From: Candidatus Bathyarchaeota archaeon
GTDB lineage: Archaea > Thermoproteota > Bathyarchaeia > Bathyarchaeales > DTEX01
Reading direction: 5' to 3'
DNA: 57,391 nt
NCBI GenBank assembly: GCA_963714275.1
Contig: CAVQNT010000010.1
Location: 1 to 57,391, forward strand
Shown here: positions 1-10,848 of the stretch, in pieces
How positions within the stretch are numbered: the first letter of the stretch is position 1
How the letters are laid out: every line of letters begins with the position of its first letter
The notes under the pieces: model-generated
What the model was told of the DNA's origin: nothing
The model's database searches: none
What the model saw: only the letters and a program-made list of their open reading frames with translations
Position numbers and translations under genes: made by a program

Positions 1-174
1 AGCATGCGTGAGAAAGAAGCGTTTGAAGAGTTGATGAACCACTGCCGCAGGCACACCATGGCTGCAGGAGCCTCCGTTAGACCAATCGTATCAGATGCCA
101 TGTTCATGTCCATTCTTCTAGCTCACGAAAAAGAACTGAGAAAAATCAAGGCTTCACTAGAAAAACTTAGCTAA
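1..174 (+). CDS. 3' part of small helical protein of the PolB2-operon-associated family (paralog of 12843..13163)
   Basis: Frame +1 reads EKEAFEELMNHCRRHTMAAGASVRPIVSDAMFMSILLAHEKELRKIKASLEKLS*, close to 12843..13163; not in the ORF track. Confidence 0.85.
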   Translation, partial: SMREKEAFEELMNHCRRHTMAAGASVRPIVSDAMFMSILLAHEKELRKIKASLEKLS

Positions 175-332
175 CTAAAGAGGAAGAACTGAGTTAAACA
201 GCCATTTCAAAACAAAAACCTAAAGTAGAATTATTTCATCAAAGCTGTGAACTCATTAGAGGAGAAACAGTTACCTCGCTAGCGCACGCTTCACAGAAAG
301 TCTTTTCAGAAGTCTAAACTATAGGATAGTTC

Positions 333-1061
333 ATGAGACCTGAAGAAGATGCATATGGTCAAGAGATATGGGCTCATTATAATGGAGAAGGAAGTTTTGA
401 ATTAGTCGAAAGGGATGACAGTTATATTGACACAGGACCAGAGACGAGAGTTTATTTTTCAAGTTATGAAGAATGGGCTCCTCAAGAAAAGAAGGCAATG
501 GAATTTGTCAATGGAAGAATTTTAGATATAGGTTGTGGAGCTGGCAGGCACTCATTATATCTACAGGAGAAAGGCTTTGATGTCCTTGGCATAGATGTCT
601 CACCCCTTGCCATAAAGGTCTGCATGCTTAGGGGATTGAAGAAAACTGAAAATATATCAATAGATGAGGTCAGTTTCAAATCAAACTCGTTTGACACGAT
701 TATTATGATGGGAAACAATTTTGGTTTGTTTGGAAGCTCCATAAAAGCTAAGAGACTGCTTAAAAGATTTCATAAAATGACTTCTAAAAGTGCTTTGATT
801 ATTGCTGATACTATTGATCCATATAAGACTAAGAATCCATTCCATTTAGAGTACCAGGAATTCAATAGGAAAAGAGGTAGGATGAGTGGACAATTAAGGA
901 TTAGAGTGAGATATAAAAAATATGCCACGAAGTGGTTCGACTATTTGATAGTTTCCAAAGATGAAATGAAAGAAATACTAAGAGGAACAGGATGGAAGAC
1001 TAAGGAATTCATAGATTCTGAAAATTCACAATATATAGCCATTATCGAAAAAGTTTCTTAG
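333..1061 (+). CDS. Class I SAM-dependent methyltransferase
   Basis: ILDIGCGAG motif I, GIDVS motif II. Confidence 0.9.
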   Translation: MRPEEDAYGQEIWAHYNGEGSFELVERDDSYIDTGPETRVYFSSYEEWAPQEKKAMEFVNGRILDIGCGAGRHSLYLQEKGFDVLGIDVSPLAIKVCMLRGLKKTENISIDEVSFKSNSFDTIIMMGNNFGLFGSSIKAKRLLKRFHKMTSKSALIIADTIDPYKTKNPFHLEYQEFNRKRGRMSGQLRIRVRYKKYATKWFDYLIVSKDEMKEILRGTGWKTKEFIDSENSQYIAIIEKVS

Positions 1062-1201
1062 TGAGAGATAAGGTTTGCATGATTTTTTGTAATGATAGAC
1101 TAAAGCATATCATTGACTTAACCTTGAGATTTATCGAGTAGCTAATTTAAATGAGATTTAGGCAAATATCTAGTTAGCGGTCCATGTGGGAGACGTGGTT
1201 T

Positions 1202-2103
1202 ATGGAATATGCTATCAACGTCAGGAATTTTATTTTAGGTGATGAGGACACATGGTTTCGACTTTTGAGAGAGCTTACGGAAACCTTGAATCCAGGTCTA
1301 TTGACGACATAAGAAATCTAGTTACGTCGAAGAGTTTCTCTTCAGATTGGGTCTTTTTTGGGGAAGCAAATCAGGAAATTGTTGGCAGCATAAGAGTAAA
1401 GCCTCTGCCGCATCGAGATTATTATGAACTCTGGGACCTGGCAGTCTCAAAGGAACATCAGTGAAGCCAAGTGATGAGCCTTCTGATACAGACTGCTCTC
1501 TCATACCTCAATAAAGAGAACGCCAAGTACGTCAAGGGATACACCTTGTCCATAGAGCCGTATGTTTCAGCCTATGTCAACCATGGCTTCAAGCCCATCA
1601 GGCGAATTTTACGGATTGATTGGGATCTTGATGATATGTTGCCTATCATGGGAACGCGTGACGACATCAACGTTAAAGATGCCTCTTTTTATGAGCCTGA
1701 GAAGATTGCCAGCATATTTGTCAAGTCTCTCGCGCCCTTCTGGAACTGGTGGATAGAAGAGGAGGGAGGACCAGAGGAAGTCACTAAACAAATCAAGGAA
1801 TGGCTGAGACAGCAACAATGGTTTGCGGCCGAGTTGAATCAAGAGGTGGTGGGCTTGACTGGTTTCTCAGTGGGAGACGGAAAGATGGGGAAATTCATAG
1901 GAGTAGTGGTTCTTCCAGAGCACAGGATGAAAAGAGTAGGCTCAACCCTAATGCAAAACGTTCTCAAAGAGGCTAGAAAAGCTGGACTAAAAAGCCTAAG
2001 AGTGTACACCATGGCTTACCTAGACCGCTTAGCGCCAGGAGCAGTCTTATACCTCAAATCAGGAGGACGAATAACAGCAGAATACCTCCAACTTGAGAAA
2101 TAA
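1202..2103 (+). pseudogene. Tandem-domain GNAT acetyltransferase, interrupted (frameshift ~1250, in-frame TGA 1462-1464)
   Basis: ORFs 1252..1464 and 1471..2103 share a frame; GNAT motifs LAVSKEHQ* and VVLPEHRMKRVG; upstream ATG 1202 gives MEYAINVRNF. Confidence 0.75.
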
Positions 2104-2194
2104 GAGACATTGAAACTTAGCGCAGCGCTTGCAATCCAAATTACGAAAGACATTTTTCTGTCTATGAGTGAGCTAATTATGGCACAGGGAACTC

Positions 2195-2530
2195 TTGATG
2201 ACTAAGAAGGTTTTGTTTGTTTGTACTGGGAATTTTGACCGTTCGCCGACAGCTGAAAACATGTACAAAAATGTTGAGGGCTTGGAGGTTAAGTCAGCCG
2301 GGATTTCGGTTGCCGCACAGAAACCACTTTCAAAGGAGCTTGCGGAATGGGCTGACGCCATTTATGCCATGGAAGAACTACACAAAAAAGTCATTGTTAA
2401 GCTTGATCCCTCAGCAAAAAACAAGACAACAGTCTTAGACATTCCTGACATTTACTATAGAGACCAACCTGAATTGAAAACAATCTTAAAACAGAAACTG
2501 GATCCCCTTTTAAAACAGCCAAAGTCCTAA
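2195..2530 (+). CDS. Low-molecular-weight protein-tyrosine-phosphatase-like protein
   Basis: P-loop FVCTGNFDRSPTAE, DIPD motif. Confidence 0.85.
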   Translation: MMTKKVLFVCTGNFDRSPTAENMYKNVEGLEVKSAGISVAAQKPLSKELAEWADAIYAMEELHKKVIVKLDPSAKNKTTVLDIPDIYYRDQPELKTILKQKLDPLLKQPKS

Positions 2531-2546
2531 ATATGACGGCTGGGAT

Positions 2547-2581
2547 CCCTCCTTCCCCTATTTTCACAGACTGCTTAAGTA
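2547..2581 (+). promoter_or_regulatory. C-rich/CACAGA-N4-TTAA promoter-like box, copy 1 (no downstream + strand gene)
   Basis: ccctccttcccctattttCACAGActgcTTAAGTA aligns with copies at 12763, 17064 and 19940. Confidence 0.5.
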
Positions 2582-2920
2582 AGTTTCAGAGTTAGGCTCT
2601 GGTCTGTCATGTTGACTGCTAAAAATAGAAAATATCTGCAAGAAGCTAAGATATTTTATTTCTATGAGTTGCATGGCTTCTTGGAAGTAGTTGAGCACGT
2701 TCGTGCCTTTGTCTGTGATCTTGTAGGTTATGTGGCATCCCAACTCTTCTGAAGTAATCAGCTTTTGCTCTATCATTGTGTCGAGAACATGCGTAAGAGG
2801 TTTCCAAGAAAGATTAGTTCGATACATAATTCGTGTTGGCTTGTTGACGCCTTTCTTTATTGCCTGTAAAATGTCGAGGTAAATTTCAATCCGTGAACGT
2901 TTAGTACTCACATTAAACAC
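2564..2920 (-). CDS. Archaeal winged-helix transcriptional regulator
   Basis: KRSRIEIYLDIL...KPTRIMYRTNLSW...YKITDKG pattern; C-terminal tail may be read-through. Confidence 0.85.
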   Translation of the reverse strand: MFNVSTKRSRIEIYLDILQAIKKGVNKPTRIMYRTNLSWKPLTHVLDTMIEQKLITSEELGCHITYKITDKGTNVLNYFQEAMQLIEIKYLSFLQIFSIFSSQHDRPEPNSETYLSSL

Positions 2921-3175
2921 CTACTAGCTAATTTTTTCTTATTGAGTTTTAACCGAGAAACACATGTAATTACAATTAACATTAAGATTATGAACCAAAG
3001 GGACAGACGTTGGATCTTTCTTAAGGGTCGCTAACAATGTGCATCCCTCTACACAACACAAAAACATTCTTTTTCTTTAGTTTTGAATTGTATAGTGCAG
3101 CTGGAGGAGAAAAGAGTACTAAACCTTTAAATATTACGGCGTTATGTGGAGTGGGTTTACGTGGTGATTGAAGAA

Positions 3176-3277
3176 ATGAAAAGTGAAACAAAAGGTTATT
3201 TGGAGATGGCTGTGTTAACTGTCTTCGGAAATACTGCTGCATACGCCATTATTCTATACCTGCTTAGGGCAATCTGA
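3176..3277 (+). CDS. Small single-TM protein (33 aa)
   Basis: MKSETKGYLEMAVLTVFGNTAAYAIILYLLRAI*, preceded by TATA-like ctttaaata (~3125) and ggtga; below ORF-track cutoff. Confidence 0.45.
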   Translation: MKSETKGYLEMAVLTVFGNTAAYAIILYLLRAI

Positions 3278-3398
3278 AAGCCTAAGCGCGTATGCCATTA
3301 ATTAAAAACTTATTAGATTTTTAATTCTTCTCAACTTAGCGCATGTGCCATTCAGAGATGCTGACTTGCTGGAACAAGAGAAAAAGAAACCATCAATG

Positions 3399-3674
3399 TC
3401 AAGCTCTTTTGTGTTCGATCTGCCATACTGCCACTAGATTCACAACTATGATGGCGAGGATTATTGTGAAACTCCAATGATCTATCCAAACATGTCCATC
3501 TACTATAACGGGAACAGTGCCACCGAACCAAATCTGAGTACGCAGCAAAGTCCAACTAATAGCACTTACTAACGGAAGGTCTAACAGTCTACCCCACTCG
3601 AAATAGCTCAAGACCGAATATAGCAACAACAATGTAAGATTGATGAAACATATCTTAACAAATACTTTAGGCAT
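3399..3674 (-). CDS. Hypothetical membrane protein
   Basis: Hydrophobic segments; ggtga SD-like element upstream. Confidence 0.6.
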   Translation of the reverse strand: MPKVFVKICFINLTLLLLYSVLSYFEWGRLLDLPLVSAISWTLLRTQIWFGGTVPVIVDGHVWIDHWSFTIILAIIVVNLVAVWQIEHKRA

Positions 3675-3867
3675 GCCTATTCACCATCAACTAGAGTGTT
3701 TGTATACTGATTTAATGCCATGCTTTAGAACATTCATGTTCTAACATTAGAACACAGTAGCGCGCGCTAAGAGTCTCCTATTGACCCTTCCTTGCTTCTC
3801 CCAAAGTTTCATGTTTCCATAAAATATATATCTGTTAACAATAGAAGTAATATTTGGAAGGGGAAAA

Positions 3868-4059
3868 ATGCCTTCTCTCTATCTTAAATGCAAGAGCTGT
3901 GGCGTAACGTTCTCATCAAAAATGAGCATGGACACAGAGAAATTCAAAAAGGAAATCATGAAGTATAATACGCATAAATGCCCAAAAGGGCACGTGAACA
4001 CTTATAATAAAGAGGACTATTTCTTTCAACAAGCACTTTCGGAATTACTGACGACATAA
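3868..4059 (+). CDS. Small Zn-ribbon-like protein
   Basis: CKSC...CPKGH; SD-like ggaagggg; last codons lie inside the 126-bp repeat. Confidence 0.7.
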   Translation: MPSLYLKCKSCGVTFSSKMSMDTEKFKKEIMKYNTHKCPKGHVNTYNKEDYFFQQALSELLTT

Positions 4060-4167
4060 AAAAACATATATCACTTAATCCGCATATCTTTGTTGTTCGG
4101 GGAGCCCAACCTGTCTAAATATACCCCCTTCTCATCTCCCCGGCAGCTTGGGCTTCCCGGGCAACTT
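4042..4167 (+). repeat. 126-bp dispersed repeat, copy 1 (promoter + hairpin RNA + start of T tract)
   Basis: Near-identical to 15687..15812; differences only in the hairpin loop. Confidence 0.95.
4092..4165 (+). ncRNA. Putative 74-nt hairpin small RNA, copy 1
   Basis: 24-position terminal stem (19 WC, 4 G-U, 1 C.C), 26-nt C/U-rich loop, aaaaaaacatatat BRE/TATA ~26 nt upstream, T-rich tract downstream. Confidence 0.65.
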
Positions 4168-4306
4168 TTCTTTGCAAGTTTTACAAGTCAACTTTTAAAG
4201 TATTTCTAAAAAACAAAACAGTGACAAAAAGACCATGTAATGAATTTTTTATTCTGATAATGGTGAAACCAGAAGCCCATGCCGGAAGCGACACCCAGCT
4301 GCTGGG

Positions 4307-4822
4307 CTACCTTTTCTTATGGAATCTCTTATACGCAGAAGAGACCAGCAAATATCCATAGAATACTATGCCCAGTATTCCCATCCACACACAAAAACTA
4401 TACACTTCTGAAGTCAAAGATGGATTATAAAGCGGATTTATCGTCAGTGGATAGAATGGTCTTATGTCGCTATACAGCGGAGAATCTAGCAAGACGTGAA
4501 ATAGGGTGCCAAGAACTCCAGGAACCAAGAAAGACCTGAGATTAAGGGTCTGATCCTTCTCTAGTAGGAGTATCTTGTGAAGTGGATACAAAATCTTCTC
4601 AAGAAGAAACATCGCGTAACCTAAAGCAAGGCCAACAAAGAAAGCTGAGAAGAATGTATGCAAATAGCCATGTAAGGGATATCTCAAACCTAGAAAAAGG
4701 ACTAGAAAAGGCTCAACATCAACAATGACATTAGCTACTACGAATGTGGGCGCATGCATATATTTTCTGAGTGGAAGCCCAAAACCTAGAGCTGGACCTA
4801 GATGAAACGGTGTAAACGGCAT
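4307..4822 (-). CDS. Membrane-bound metal-dependent hydrolase-like protein
   Basis: MPFTPFHLGP start; DVEP, HGYLHT and HVLLD motifs. Confidence 0.85.
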   Translation of the reverse strand: MPFTPFHLGPALGFGLPLRKYMHAPTFVVANVIVDVEPFLVLFLGLRYPLHGYLHTFFSAFFVGLALGYAMFLLEKILYPLHKILLLEKDQTLNLRSFLVPGVLGTLFHVLLDSPLYSDIRPFYPLTINPLYNPSLTSEVYSFCVWMGILGIVFYGYLLVSSAYKRFHKKR

Positions 4823-4961
4823 GTTTTCTTCACATATCTGTAACTTTGATTCCTTTTTGCTTATCTGGACAGCTGAGCTAGATATCCATAATTTGACTTT
4901 AGGTTTGTTCTTTGAGACATGTCAAAGCTAGGTCTTGGTACTTTGTTTCCTGCGCATTACT

Positions 4962-6025
4962 TCAAACGTGAGTGTTGCGAAGGCCAGTGTAAGAACTGCG
5001 CCCACAGCGATGCCAACTAGAAGAAAGTAGGCAGCGTATAATTGTGAGCTGAATCGAATCATCTTGGCTAGGGTTCTCTGGCTCTTTCTCAACCATTATT
5101 GAAGATTCAGAAATCACAAAATCCTTTGTTAGCCAGCTCATTGGACCTTCATACTCCATAACGGTTAACCACGCGCCTTTCGGAAACAATTCACCTATTC
5201 TAAGGTCGATGATGCTTCAGCTGGCCTTTTGTTAAATTGAGATTCGATTGGAGCCCACAGGCTAGCACTTCGGAAATACGCTCTCACAATCGGTGTATAT
5301 TGAGATAAGACAAAATTATCCTGAATCTTGCCATTGGTCAGCAGGAAGAGAGTAATCTTAGTGTCTCCAGAGATTGGAGACGAAATCCTTAACGGATAAT
5401 AAAGAAAATTGGTTTCAAACTGGTACAGAATAGGTTCAACGCTCTTCTGGTCAGCTGACAACTGGATAATATCAAGGGCAAAGAACCGGAACCCTAGAGC
5501 CATGTAATCTTCGATCACGGCTTCAAATTTTTTCAGCGAAATCCCGCCAGTAACATTGTTAGATTCCAGGAACTCTCCAGCCCAAGATGTAAGCTCCGAG
5601 GCGTCTCCTGCTTTAACGACTGTAACATCGTGGGCTCCTATCTTCTCGTGGAACGTAACCTCTATGCTCCCAATGCTTTCAGACTGATAGTTATCACCTA
5701 AAACTGCTCGTGCATGTACCCCTAGTAATTCCTGAATTGTGATAAAGGATTCAAAGCTAGCCTTCTCAATCTTCTTAGGGTTTGAGGGAAGAGGCATTAT
5801 CTGAAGAACTAACGTCTCGCTTGCTGCGCTTACATCGGTGGAAAGAATCAATATCTCCTCTTGTCCATTCCAAGCAATGATGGCTTTCTGCCCAGGCTCA
5901 TAAACCGAGATGCTGGGGACCACAGGTACCATTCCCATATCTGCAAGACCAATAGAAATATACGGCAAGAACAATGCGAAAAGCAAAGCAAAAGAAAGAC
6001 TCCGATATAACTGTCTCTTATCCAA
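4962..6025 (-). CDS. DUF2330-like exported protein (frameshifted near 5190-5250)
   Basis: Signal peptide, ADMG...QKAIIAWNGQEEILILS, YYPLRISS; C-terminus continues in 4962..5189. Confidence 0.65.
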
Positions 6026-6227
6026 GACTAACTCCCACCATAACTAATTATTCTATACACATAATAAGTCTACATTTCAGAACAGCTAAGCTAGCTAAGA
6101 TAACTTTAATATTTTGGTCAGAACCTTGAAGTTATTCATTACTTCTAGTCTAGGTGCACTAGCATGTAGCCTTTTTGCTACATATTTAGGTGCTGGTGGT
6201 GGATGGGCTGTATTTGCTAGTTATATG

Positions 6228-6446
6228 TCAGCGCGCGTGCGCTTCACAGAGTCTCTTTATTTTTTCAGATATTAGGAAGCCTGCGAGTATAATTGCTCCA
6301 CCCAATATGTAAACAAGGATTTTTTGATACTGATTTATATCAATAGAATATACTGCCAAAATGCCCACTATCACCCCAGCCATGGCTATGGGTAAGTAAG
6401 CCTCTGTGATATGACGAGTTTTCATTTTTTGCCACCTTCTGCACAT
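6228..6446 (-). CDS. Small two-TM membrane protein
   Basis: Two hydrophobic helices; stop codon lies in a GCGC junction motif. Confidence 0.55.
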   Translation of the reverse strand: MCRRWQKMKTRHITEAYLPIAMAGVIVGILAVYSIDINQYQKILVYILGGAIILAGFLISEKIKRLCEAHAR

Positions 6447-6483
6447 ATTAATATTTAATGGTTAGAGCTAGTTAGCTAATCGG

Positions 6484-6774
6484 TTAAGGATTCTTCAAAG
6501 CTTTGTAAAGAAGATACGAAACCAAAGTGGAAAGAAACGTTTCAAAACCAATAACAATTACAACCCGCTCTAAAACCTCACTCATGCCATAAGGAACCCA
6601 GATAGTTATCGGAATTTCATGTGGCGTCATATCAGGCTCGTTATGTCCCAAAAAGAAACTACGGACATATGGAGAAAGCGCAATATTCCCTAGAAACCAC
6701 AACATCAACAGCACAAATGGCACAACAAAAAACCAACGACCCCTCAACCACATTCCCCTTACCCATAACAACAA
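6484..6774 (-). CDS. Hypothetical membrane protein
   Basis: Two hydrophobic segments; flanked on both sides by AGCTAG motifs. Confidence 0.5.
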   Translation of the reverse strand: MLLWVRGMWLRGRWFFVVPFVLLMLWFLGNIALSPYVRSFFLGHNEPDMTPHEIPITIWVPYGMSEVLERVVIVIGFETFLSTLVSYLLYKALKNP

Positions 6775-7002
6775 AAACTTGGAGACCCTGCCATATAAGC
6801 TAGCTAGCTGTTTGGTTCATACAAAATATTGTCATAATCTTGTGTTCATAAAAACTTAAATCCGTCTTACCTCTCTGTATTATTTGGGGAGTCTATTGCC
6901 TTCAAAAAATGCATAAAAGGAACATGCAAATAAAATCCGCACCCAACTAGTTCAGTAATAACTTTGAGTTTAGAAATAGGTTTTATGGGGCTATGATGCA
7001 GA

Positions 7003-8148
7003 ATGAATAAGACCTTTTTTGTTTCGTATGCAGTTTGGGGGCTGTTTTTAGGGCTTTTCTTGATAACGGTCTCAATGTTTGGAAAGGCGAATCCAAGTGT
7101 GGTTACAATGACTGCCACAATCAAGGGGACGTGGGATTTCGATGTGGATACTGGGCAAAATACTGCATCGATGGCGGATTTATTTTGGGACCAGGTTACT
7201 GAGACTGAAAGACATATAGTGCCTCGAAACGGAGCAAAGTATGCAAACCTTGGCATTGTTGATTTTGATTCAGTCGTTAATTTCTCTTCTTATTCTATGT
7301 CTGAAGACATAATTGACGGCAGCGTTGACCACAACGCAATACCTGATGGTACAGTCCTCGCAATCAAGACCGATATTGGAAACTATGCAAAAATGAGGAT
7401 TGACAATTATGGCAATAACCTAACTGTAACAATAGTAGTATACCGGAACCCCGCCACCACAACTCCCATTCTTCACGTTATTTATTACCAAATTTTATGG
7501 CTTATACCATTTACCTTGATTACATTTGTGCTTTTTGAGAGAAGACCTCGTACATTTGAAGAAAAATTTTTGCGTCCACTTGATGGTGAACGCTTCATCA
7601 TGGATGTTTCACCTACGCCCAGTTTCAAGAGTTATGTAATGGCTAATGTCATGCTACATGGGCTTCCTCTTTTGGCTATGTTCAATGTAATGATTGCTAT
7701 GGTCGTCTATTTGGCGACTGGTGGTGCCCCAATCAGCGAAGTAGGCATGGTTCCTCTACTCCAAACCTACGCCATTTTATATCTTATTTTCGCTGCCACC
7801 GTCATCGGATTAACGTTTATTCTTGCCAACTTAATGTACAATAAATATCATTACTGGATCACAGACCGGCGAGTGATCTGGAAGCACGGAATAATAGGCT
7901 ACAGCATAACAAGCGTTCCCCTCGAGAAAATCTCGGATGTTGCTCTAAGCAGGACGTTTTTAGAAACAACATGTGGCGTAGGCGGGCTAATTGTGAAGGA
8001 AACGATGGGAGAAGTAAAATATGGTTGGTACGGACCAAGCGGACGCGTTTTCCCAACCATGATCGCTGTACCGAACCCTGAAGAAATGCAAAGGCAAATC
8101 CTCGAATTAATAAGCAAAAAAGGAAAAGAGAATAAACTCACCGTTTAA
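7003..8148 (+). CDS. Membrane protein with extracellular beta domain and C-terminal bacterial PH (bPH_2-like) domain
   Basis: YWITDRRVIWKHGIIG...VPLEKISDV pattern; several TM helices. Confidence 0.7.
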   Translation: MNKTFFVSYAVWGLFLGLFLITVSMFGKANPSVVTMTATIKGTWDFDVDTGQNTASMADLFWDQVTETERHIVPRNGAKYANLGIVDFDSVVNFSSYSMSEDIIDGSVDHNAIPDGTVLAIKTDIGNYAKMRIDNYGNNLTVTIVVYRNPATTTPILHVIYYQILWLIPFTLITFVLFERRPRTFEEKFLRPLDGERFIMDVSPTPSFKSYVMANVMLHGLPLLAMFNVMIAMVVYLATGGAPISEVGMVPLLQTYAILYLIFAATVIGLTFILANLMYNKYHYWITDRRVIWKHGIIGYSITSVPLEKISDVALSRTFLETTCGVGGLIVKETMGEVKYGWYGPSGRVFPTMIAVPNPEEMQRQILELISKKGKENKLTV

Positions 8149-8262
8149 GCCAGTCAGCTATCTCTTGTATCAAGTCTAGAAGCCGGAAAAGGCATACACA
8201 ACATAGTCTCGAGGCGCCTCTGATCGTGGGTTCTGCTGCTTGGTTCAAGGTTGATACAAGAG

Positions 8263-8922
8263 TCAAGAAGGACCAAAAAAAGTAGATGCACCTGATTTAA
8301 AGTATTTCGAAAAAGAGTGAACATAGGTTTTTCTTCTTTTAGCAATCCAAAGAAGAGACAGAGGTGTGCCAAAGGCAATTAGAGCTGCGCTTGGAACTGT
8401 TGAATAGTCCTTTGAAATTAGAGCAGAAATTAGGCTGATCCTGTAAGATACCGCGCCCGTTGTATTATGAGGGTTGGAAATGAGTACTGTGGCGTTAGTG
8501 AGCTTCCAAGGAAAGTAGTCTACTGATTGATATCCAGGTATTGTTGCATTAAGTAAAATGGTTTCCATATGCGATTGTAGGAATTGATTTATGACTTCTG
8601 GACTAGTCATTTTATTCCAAATCTCGAATCTGCTTAAGTCAGGAAATTGACTGCTAACCCAGTCTTCAATCTCAAGCCTGCTGATTCCAAGAATGAGAGC
8701 TTGTAAAGGACCACTTGCTTGGATATATATCCTTACTCCTATGTGAGGTGACAAAACAAGCGTACTGGAAACTTCATACTGTGGGAAGAAAGAAGACCCT
8801 GACCCCGACTGGGTTTCTCCTAGTGTCATATATGGAATTGAGGAGATAAGAAGAACAGCCAGTCCTACTAACAGAGCAATTAAGCCCGTTCTTCCGAATA
8901 AATAAAGTAACCGCGGATTCAC
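8263..8922 (-). CDS. Hypothetical membrane-anchored protein (ABC operon)
   Basis: N- and C-terminal TM helices; overlaps permease stop. Confidence 0.7.
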   Translation of the reverse strand: MNPRLLYLFGRTGLIALLVGLAVLLISSIPYMTLGETQSGSGSSFFPQYEVSSTLVLSPHIGVRIYIQASGPLQALILGISRLEIEDWVSSQFPDLSRFEIWNKMTSPEVINQFLQSHMETILLNATIPGYQSVDYFPWKLTNATVLISNPHNTTGAVSYRISLISALISKDYSTVPSAALIAFGTPLSLLWIAKRRKTYVHSFSKYFKSGASTFFGPS

Positions 8923-9748
8923 ACTTCAAGTCTCCGTTCAAAGTAGTAGAATACAAAAATGAAAATAACTGCTACCAATATGTAGCCTGCTCCCAGGTAC
9001 AATGATGCTTCGGAAAAGCTTGGAGACCATATGGCGCCTCCTGTAAAACCTGAAAGCCCTTCCTGTGACGCTTGCATGTAATGTTGCGGGCTTGAACGAT
9101 AATATTGACTCAGGGCAATAACCGGGTTGATTACTGCAAAAAACTTTATGATCAAATTTGAATTCATGGCAGAGGAGAGATACAATGCAAGGGTAACAAG
9201 CATCTCAGACATGAACTGCATAAATATGCCAATGATTAATGCCCAGCCTCCTCGCTTTACAAAAAATGTTAACAATAAAACGATTCCTACAACAAACAAG
9301 GGATAACACAAGGCTGCCATACATGTCAAAGTCACTGTACTCATATGCAGTAAAACAGTGTAGGGCGCCACGATGGATAATACAAAGATTTGGATTCCCA
9401 AGAAAAGAAGAAGTGCGACTCCGACGGATGATAGGAGCTCACTAAAAGGAGGCTTTTCCTACTCAAGGGATACATAAGGTAAGTTTGCATGGTACCTTTT
9501 TCCAGATCGTTTCCTAAGCCAAAAGCGATGTTTTTAACGATCAAAACTAAAATGAAGAAAAGGGGAAGCCCGGATAATACCTCAACCAAATTGAAGGCTA
9601 AGCATTCTTCAGATTTAATGAACTGTGTACCCATACCCGATAGGTTCGCGTTTACAAAGAAAATTGTCGCAATAGTATAGAAAAAGGCGAAAATTTCTAG
9701 AACTGGAAATCTGTAGTCTTCCTTCAACGAGAGGGCTAGAACTTCCAT
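8919..9748 (-). CDS. ABC-2 type permease (frameshifted ~9440)
   Basis: DLEKGTMQTYLMYPLSR motif; halves in 9341..9817 and 8919..9401. Confidence 0.75.
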
Positions 9749-9770
9749 AAAACCTTGACCTTTACGCAAT

Positions 9771-10697
9771 TCATCTCTCCTTCCTAGGTGATATGGCACG
9801 GTTGTAGAGTTCCTCAAGAGAAGCGGTGCTGCTATCTATTCCGGAGATTTCAACCTTGATTTCCTTGGAAATTCTAATAATGTCTTCGTAGAGCTGCTGA
9901 CGCTTTCCTTCGGGCACATCCAATGATATGCCTTTCAAATCCACTTTAGCCAGCTTGACATAGCTTAGTGTACTAATGGCTTTAGCGAGTTTTTCGGGCT
10001 CATTTGTTGACACTCTAGTGGCTCCAATGCTGAGTTTTTCGCACAGTCTAGAACCCCTCCTTGAGCCCAAACCTTGCCTTCGTTTATTATGGCAATTGAT
10101 TCGCAAACCCTACTTAACTCAGGCAAGATATGGGAAGAAATGAAAAAAGTTGTTCCCGTTTCATGGTGTAACTTCAAGAATAAATCTAAAATCTCGGTTC
10201 TTGCTTGAGGATCCAAATTAGATGTTGGCTCATCAGCGATTATTAACTTTGGCTCATGAATTAATGCGTGTGCTATAGCAAACTTTTGCAGCATGCCTGC
10301 TGAAAGCCCCTTAATCGCCCTGTCATATGCTTCTTCTTGAAGCCCGACAGTTTCCAACATTTCTTTTGCCCTAGACACGGGTACACCATATATTCTGCAT
10401 GTTTTCTCAAGAAAATCCTGAACCTCATTATGAATTGGGAAGTTCTGTTTTTCAAAAACAACGCCTATTCTTGATCTAATGTCAGGATTGTCCCATGGAT
10501 TTTGACCAAAAACCTCAACCTTACCTCTATCAGGCTTTAGAAGACCCAGAATAACCTTGATAGTGGTTGTTTTTCCTGCTCCGTTTGGTCCAATCAAGCC
10601 TAACATGTTTCCATATGTGACCGTCAAAGAAAGTCCATTAATGGCTACGACTTTGCCATAACTCTTCAGCTAGATTTTCAATTAGAATAGCCGTCAA
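9771..10697 (-). CDS. ABC transporter ATP-binding protein (frameshifted ~10665 and ~10055)
   Basis: GPNGAGKTT, LSAGM, IIADEP, SSH; C-terminal SLEELY. Confidence 0.9.
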
Positions 10698-10848
10698 TAC
10701 TAAATCTCCCACTACTATAAATAGCAACGCAAGCTACCAAGATATATAATTTTTGGAAAGATCATAAAAGTCAAGTCTGCCTATTTTTTTTCTCCTCTAT
10801 AGTTTTTCTTTGTTTCTTTCATCCATGGAATGTGATTTGGATTGTTAG

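Noticed and set aside
4092-4165. Hairpin as an integron attC site or MITE
   Set aside because: Ends run GTT...AAC, the reverse of attC order, with no extrahelical bases; the 126-bp unit has no terminal inverted repeats or target duplication
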